From: a virus | Strand: one strand, 5' to 3' | IMG/VR virus record: IMGVR_UViG_3300045988_046749 | DNA length: 46,325 nucleotides | Shown: piece after piece, positions 43,407 through 46,325 of the stretch | Position numbering within the stretch: position 1 is the stretch's first letter | Layout of the letters: the number at the start of each line of letters is the position of its first letter | The notes under the pieces: generated by a model | What the model was told of the DNA's origin: nothing | The model's input: only the letters and a program-made list of their open reading frames with translations | Databases searched by the model: none | Made by a program: the position numbers and the translations under genes

Positions 43407-44573
43407 ATGCCAGCAAAAACAAATCTTATTATGACTAATGATATCCAGGTCACAGCACGTGAGATTGACTTTGTAACCAGATTCGAAAGAAACTGGCAGC
43501 ACTTACGTGACATTCTGGGTATCATGAGACCTATCAAAAAACAGCCGGGTGCTGTACTGAAATCTAAGTACGCAGAGGGTACTTTACAGAGTGGACTTGT
43601 CGGTGAGGGTGAGGAAATTCCTTACAGCAAGTTCACTGTAAAAGAAAAGAACTATGCGGAAATGACTATCGAGAAGTACGCAAAGGCTGTATCTATCGAA
43701 GCAATCAAGGATCATGGTTATGAGAACGCTGTTCAGATGACCGATGATGAATTCCTTTTCCAGCTTCAGACTGATGTTACCAGCAGATTCTATGACTATC
43801 TGAAAACCGGTACACTTACTTCCACAGAAACCACATTCCAGATGGCTCTGGCAATGGCCAAAGGTCGTGTTGAGAACAAATTCAAACAAATACACAGAAA
43901 TGTGACTGGCGTTGTTGGATTTGTGAACATTCTGGACGTATATGAATACCTTGGAGCAGCTGAAATCACCATTCAAAACCAGTTCGGCTTCCAGTATATG
44001 AAAGACTTCATGGGATTCAATACTATCTTCCTGCTATCTGACAGTGAGATTCCAAGAGGACAGGTTATCGCTACCCCTGTCGAGAACATCGTGCTGTACT
44101 ATGTAGATCCGAATGAATCTGACTTTGCAAGAGCAGGACTTGTATATACTGTTTCTGGCGAGACAAACCTGATTGGATTCCACACTCAGGGCAACTACCA
44201 CACAGCAGTGTCCGAAGCGTTCGCAGTAATGGGACTTACTCTTTTTGCAGAGTACATTGACGCAATCGCAGTAATTACCATTGACGAGACACCAACGCTT
44301 GGAACTCTGACAGTAACATCTGCGGCAGGGACAGCAAGTGGCGACACAAAAATCACTGTAAATCCAGCTAAAGAAAATGCCAACAACGTATATAAATACA
44401 AAGTTGCAGCGGATGCAGTAACTGTCGGATACGGACAGAATCTCAGAAACTGGAGCACTTGGGATGGAAAAGCCGATATCACAGCGGCAACCGGACAGAA
44501 GATCACAGTGGTTGAGTGCGATGGAACATACAAGGCGCTGAATGCCGGAAGTGCAAGCGTAACAGCAAAATGA
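43407..44573 (+). CDS. Major capsid protein with C-terminal Ig-like domain
   Basis: ATG 43407; 388 aa; follows scaffold; C-terminus LGTLTVTSAAGTASGDTKITV... is Big_2-like. Confidence 0.85.
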   Translation: MPAKTNLIMTNDIQVTAREIDFVTRFERNWQHLRDILGIMRPIKKQPGAVLKSKYAEGTLQSGLVGEGEEIPYSKFTVKEKNYAEMTIEKYAKAVSIEAIKDHGYENAVQMTDDEFLFQLQTDVTSRFYDYLKTGTLTSTETTFQMALAMAKGRVENKFKQIHRNVTGVVGFVNILDVYEYLGAAEITIQNQFGFQYMKDFMGFNTIFLLSDSEIPRGQVIATPVENIVLYYVDPNESDFARAGLVYTVSGETNLIGFHTQGNYHTAVSEAFAVMGLTLFAEYIDAIAVITIDETPTLGTLTVTSAAGTASGDTKITVNPAKENANNVYKYKVAADAVTVGYGQNLRNWSTWDGKADITAATGQKITVVECDGTYKALNAGSASVTAK

Positions 44574-44594
44574 TGAATCTGGGAGGTAACTGGC

Positions 44595-45089
44595 ATGGCT
44601 TATGCAGATTATAAATTCTATACAGAATCATTCGGCAATGTCGTGCCAGAAATCGACTTTCCGCGGCTGGCAGAAAGAGCCAGTGATTTTGTGGACACAA
44701 TGACGTTTGACAGGTTGGTGGACGGACTGCCGAAAAATGAACGCTCGCAGAAGCGTATCAAAAAGGCGGTCTGTTCACTGGCTGAATTAATGTATCAGAT
44801 TGAACTTTCTGAGAAGAATGCTACCAATGCTGCTGTGAGCGGTACGTCAACCGCAATCGGGTCTGGTGGTAGCACGACAGGCATTGTAACATCTGTAAGT
44901 TCTGGCAGTGAATCCATTTCTTACGCCACTCCTCAGCAGAAAGCATCGGGCGCAAAGGAATGGAGCGCAGTGTATGCCGCCGCCGGAGATGTACAGAAAA
45001 CGAACGACTTGCTTCTTAAGACAGCGTTGCCACTTTTGATGGGAGTAAGGACGGATGATGGAATACCAGTATTGTATGCAGGAGTGTAA
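44595..45089 (+). CDS. Head-tail connector/adaptor protein (gp6/gp15-like)
   Basis: 164 aa directly after the capsid gene; GGGAGG SD. Confidence 0.6.
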   Translation: MAYADYKFYTESFGNVVPEIDFPRLAERASDFVDTMTFDRLVDGLPKNERSQKRIKKAVCSLAELMYQIELSEKNATNAAVSGTSTAIGSGGSTTGIVTSVSSGSESISYATPQQKASGAKEWSAVYAAAGDVQKTNDLLLKTALPLLMGVRTDDGIPVLYAGV

Positions 45090-45094
45090 TTGAG

Positions 45095-45268
45095 ATGAAT
45101 AAAGTAATGTGTTTTTTGACTGGCGGGCATAAATTCAAAAGTCCTGCTGAATCAAAATGTAATGACAAAGAAAAGACTTGTACCATTACGGAAACTTGCT
45201 GTAAATGCGGGAAACAGTTTTTATTTACAGGTACATACAAACAGTTTAGTATTCCAGATGTGAGGTGA
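45095..45268 (+). CDS. Small Cys-rich protein (57 aa)
   Basis: C...C...CC.C pattern; fills the gap 45090-45273. Confidence 0.35.
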   Translation: MNKVMCFLTGGHKFKSPAESKCNDKEKTCTITETCCKCGKQFLFTGTYKQFSIPDVR

Positions 45269-45273
45269 AAATA

Positions 45274-45588
45274 ATGAAGAAGTTATTTATTTCTCAGCCC
45301 ATGAGGGGCAAGACAGATGAGGAAATTCTTGCGGTAAGAGAAAAGGCAATTAAAAGCGCAGAGAAGCAGGTTGGTGAACCTGTAGAAGTAATTGATTCTT
45401 TCTTCCAGTCAGCACCAGTTGACGCAAAGCCACTCTGGTATCTGGGTGAATCCCTCAAACTTCTGGCAGAAGCTGATGTGGCGTTTTTCGCTAAAGGATG
45501 GGACGAAGCCAGAGGATGCAAGATTGAGAATACTTGCGCTATCGAGTATGGCATTGAGACCATTATTGAAGATTATACGGAGGGTTAA
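45274..45588 (+). CDS. DUF4406 / nucleoside 2-deoxyribosyltransferase-like protein
   Basis: LFISQPMRGK...LAEADVAFFAKGWDEARGCKIENTCAIEYG fits the DUF4406 pattern (ISGPM.G ... GW..S.G...E). Confidence 0.7.
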   Translation: MKKLFISQPMRGKTDEEILAVREKAIKSAEKQVGEPVEVIDSFFQSAPVDAKPLWYLGESLKLLAEADVAFFAKGWDEARGCKIENTCAIEYGIETIIEDYTEG

Positions 45589-45590
45589 AG

Positions 45591-45926
45591 ATGGAAGCAT
45601 TATTTACAAATGTAACTCTGATTCTGGCAGTAATCAGCGTTCTGGCGTTTTGCGTATCTGTGATTACACAGGTGATTAAAAATGTCGGGTTCCTGTCGAA
45701 AATTCCGACAGATGCACTGGTACTTGTACTGTCCATTGGAATTACTGTAGCCGCTTTTGTGGCGTATATGCAGTATATCCACATGACAATCTTGTGGTAT
45801 ATGATTTTAGCTGCTATCATGGCTGGGTTTATTGTGGCGTTTATTTCCATGTTTGGATGGGAGAAGATTACGGAATTATGGAAGCGAACGTCCAAGGTTG
45901 ATGTGGATAAGCTGAAAAATAAATGA
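45591..45926 (+). CDS. Three-TM holin-like membrane protein
   Basis: TM segments VTLILAVISVLAFCVSVI, ALVLVLSIGITVAAFVAY, ILWYMILAAIMAGFIVAFISMF; charged C-terminus. Confidence 0.55.
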   Translation: MEALFTNVTLILAVISVLAFCVSVITQVIKNVGFLSKIPTDALVLVLSIGITVAAFVAYMQYIHMTILWYMILAAIMAGFIVAFISMFGWEKITELWKRTSKVDVDKLKNK

Positions 45927-45942
45927 TTAAGGAGAGGGTATC

Positions 45943-46325
45943 ATGTATTCATCTAAAATTACACTTTTCAACTATTACGAAAGTGCCACAACTGGAGATG
46001 CGTACTGGTATCCTCATGTTTTATCCGGCGTTGACCTCATTACGGACAAGGGAGCAATACTCAAGAAGTACGGACCGGACGCAACAGACAATGCGCAGTT
46101 GCACGTCCGATATACCGTCCAGAACGGCGATATAACCATTGCTGATAAGGATGGAAAGATTCTCCCGTGGATACCGCCCAAAGAATGGAAAGGGCAGATT
46201 AACAACGCTTTGGAAGACACTATCACATTCTCGGACGAATCATTCTTCTGGGAGGGTGAGTGGACTGGCAGAACGGTAACTGATGGTGATTATCGGAATG
46301 GATTCTATCAGTACATGAACGAGAA
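45943..46325 (+). CDS. 5' part of the head-closure/neck protein gene (continues at 1..134 across the junction)
   Basis: AAGGAGAGGG SD before ATG 45943; open to the window end; not in the ORF track because no stop lies inside the window. Confidence 0.65.
   Translation, partial: MYSSKITLFNYYESATTGDAYWYPHVLSGVDLITDKGAILKKYGPDATDNAQLHVRYTVQNGDITIADKDGKILPWIPPKEWKGQINNALEDTITFSDESFFWEGEWTGRTVTDGDYRNGFYQYMNE
46271..46325. repeat. Terminal direct repeat (identical to 1-55)
   Basis: Exact 55-nt match to the window start. Confidence 0.95.

Noticed and set aside
45923-46135. 70-aa + strand ORF from the track
   Set aside because: It is in the wrong frame. The SD-preceded ATG at 45943 opens a frame that stays open to the window end, continues across the circular junction, and gives a protein-like neck protein.

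Overview
The window is one complete, circularly closed phage genome of about 46,270 bp; bases 1-55 are identical to 46271-46325. It looks like a temperate siphovirus-type phage of a Gram-positive (Bacillota/Clostridia-like) host: nearly every gene has a GGAGG-type Shine-Dalgarno, the endolysin is CHAP+SH3b, and the integrase is a large serine recombinase. Going round the circle: terS-terL-portal-MuF (33.8-38.4 kb); a non-canonical insert (38.4-42.0 kb); a tRNA region (42.1-42.7 kb); scaffold, capsid and connector (42.7-45.1 kb); a 3-gene island (45.1-45.9 kb); neck and tail genes (45.9 kb, through the junction, to 11 kb), including a 993-aa tape measure and a 1460-aa collagen-repeat hub/fibre; a stand-alone endolysin; the serine integrase with a candidate attP; a lysogeny region with a divergent XRE-type switch (14.4-16.5 kb); small early genes; a recombination/replication module with Sak4-like ATPase, DUF669 SSB, nucleases, CHC2 primase, DUF927-type helicase, an iteron origin and a Pif1-like helicase (19.5-26 kb); and a middle region with a radical SAM enzyme, YopX and DUF551. 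The observations I rate highest are: (1) a conserved ATGTGGGG-N23-TAnnAT box found only in front of the three late transcription units, one copy nested in a terminator loop; (2) a transcriptionally insulated five-gene cluster of Q/N/Cys-rich, membrane and spore-coat-like proteins that splits the head module; (3) a papain-like protein translationally coupled to MuF, followed by a membrane protein; and (4) a tRNA(CAU)-like gene plus a degenerate tRNA-like copy in a structured capsid-operon leader. All family names come from reading the translations and recalling family signatures; no database search was run.
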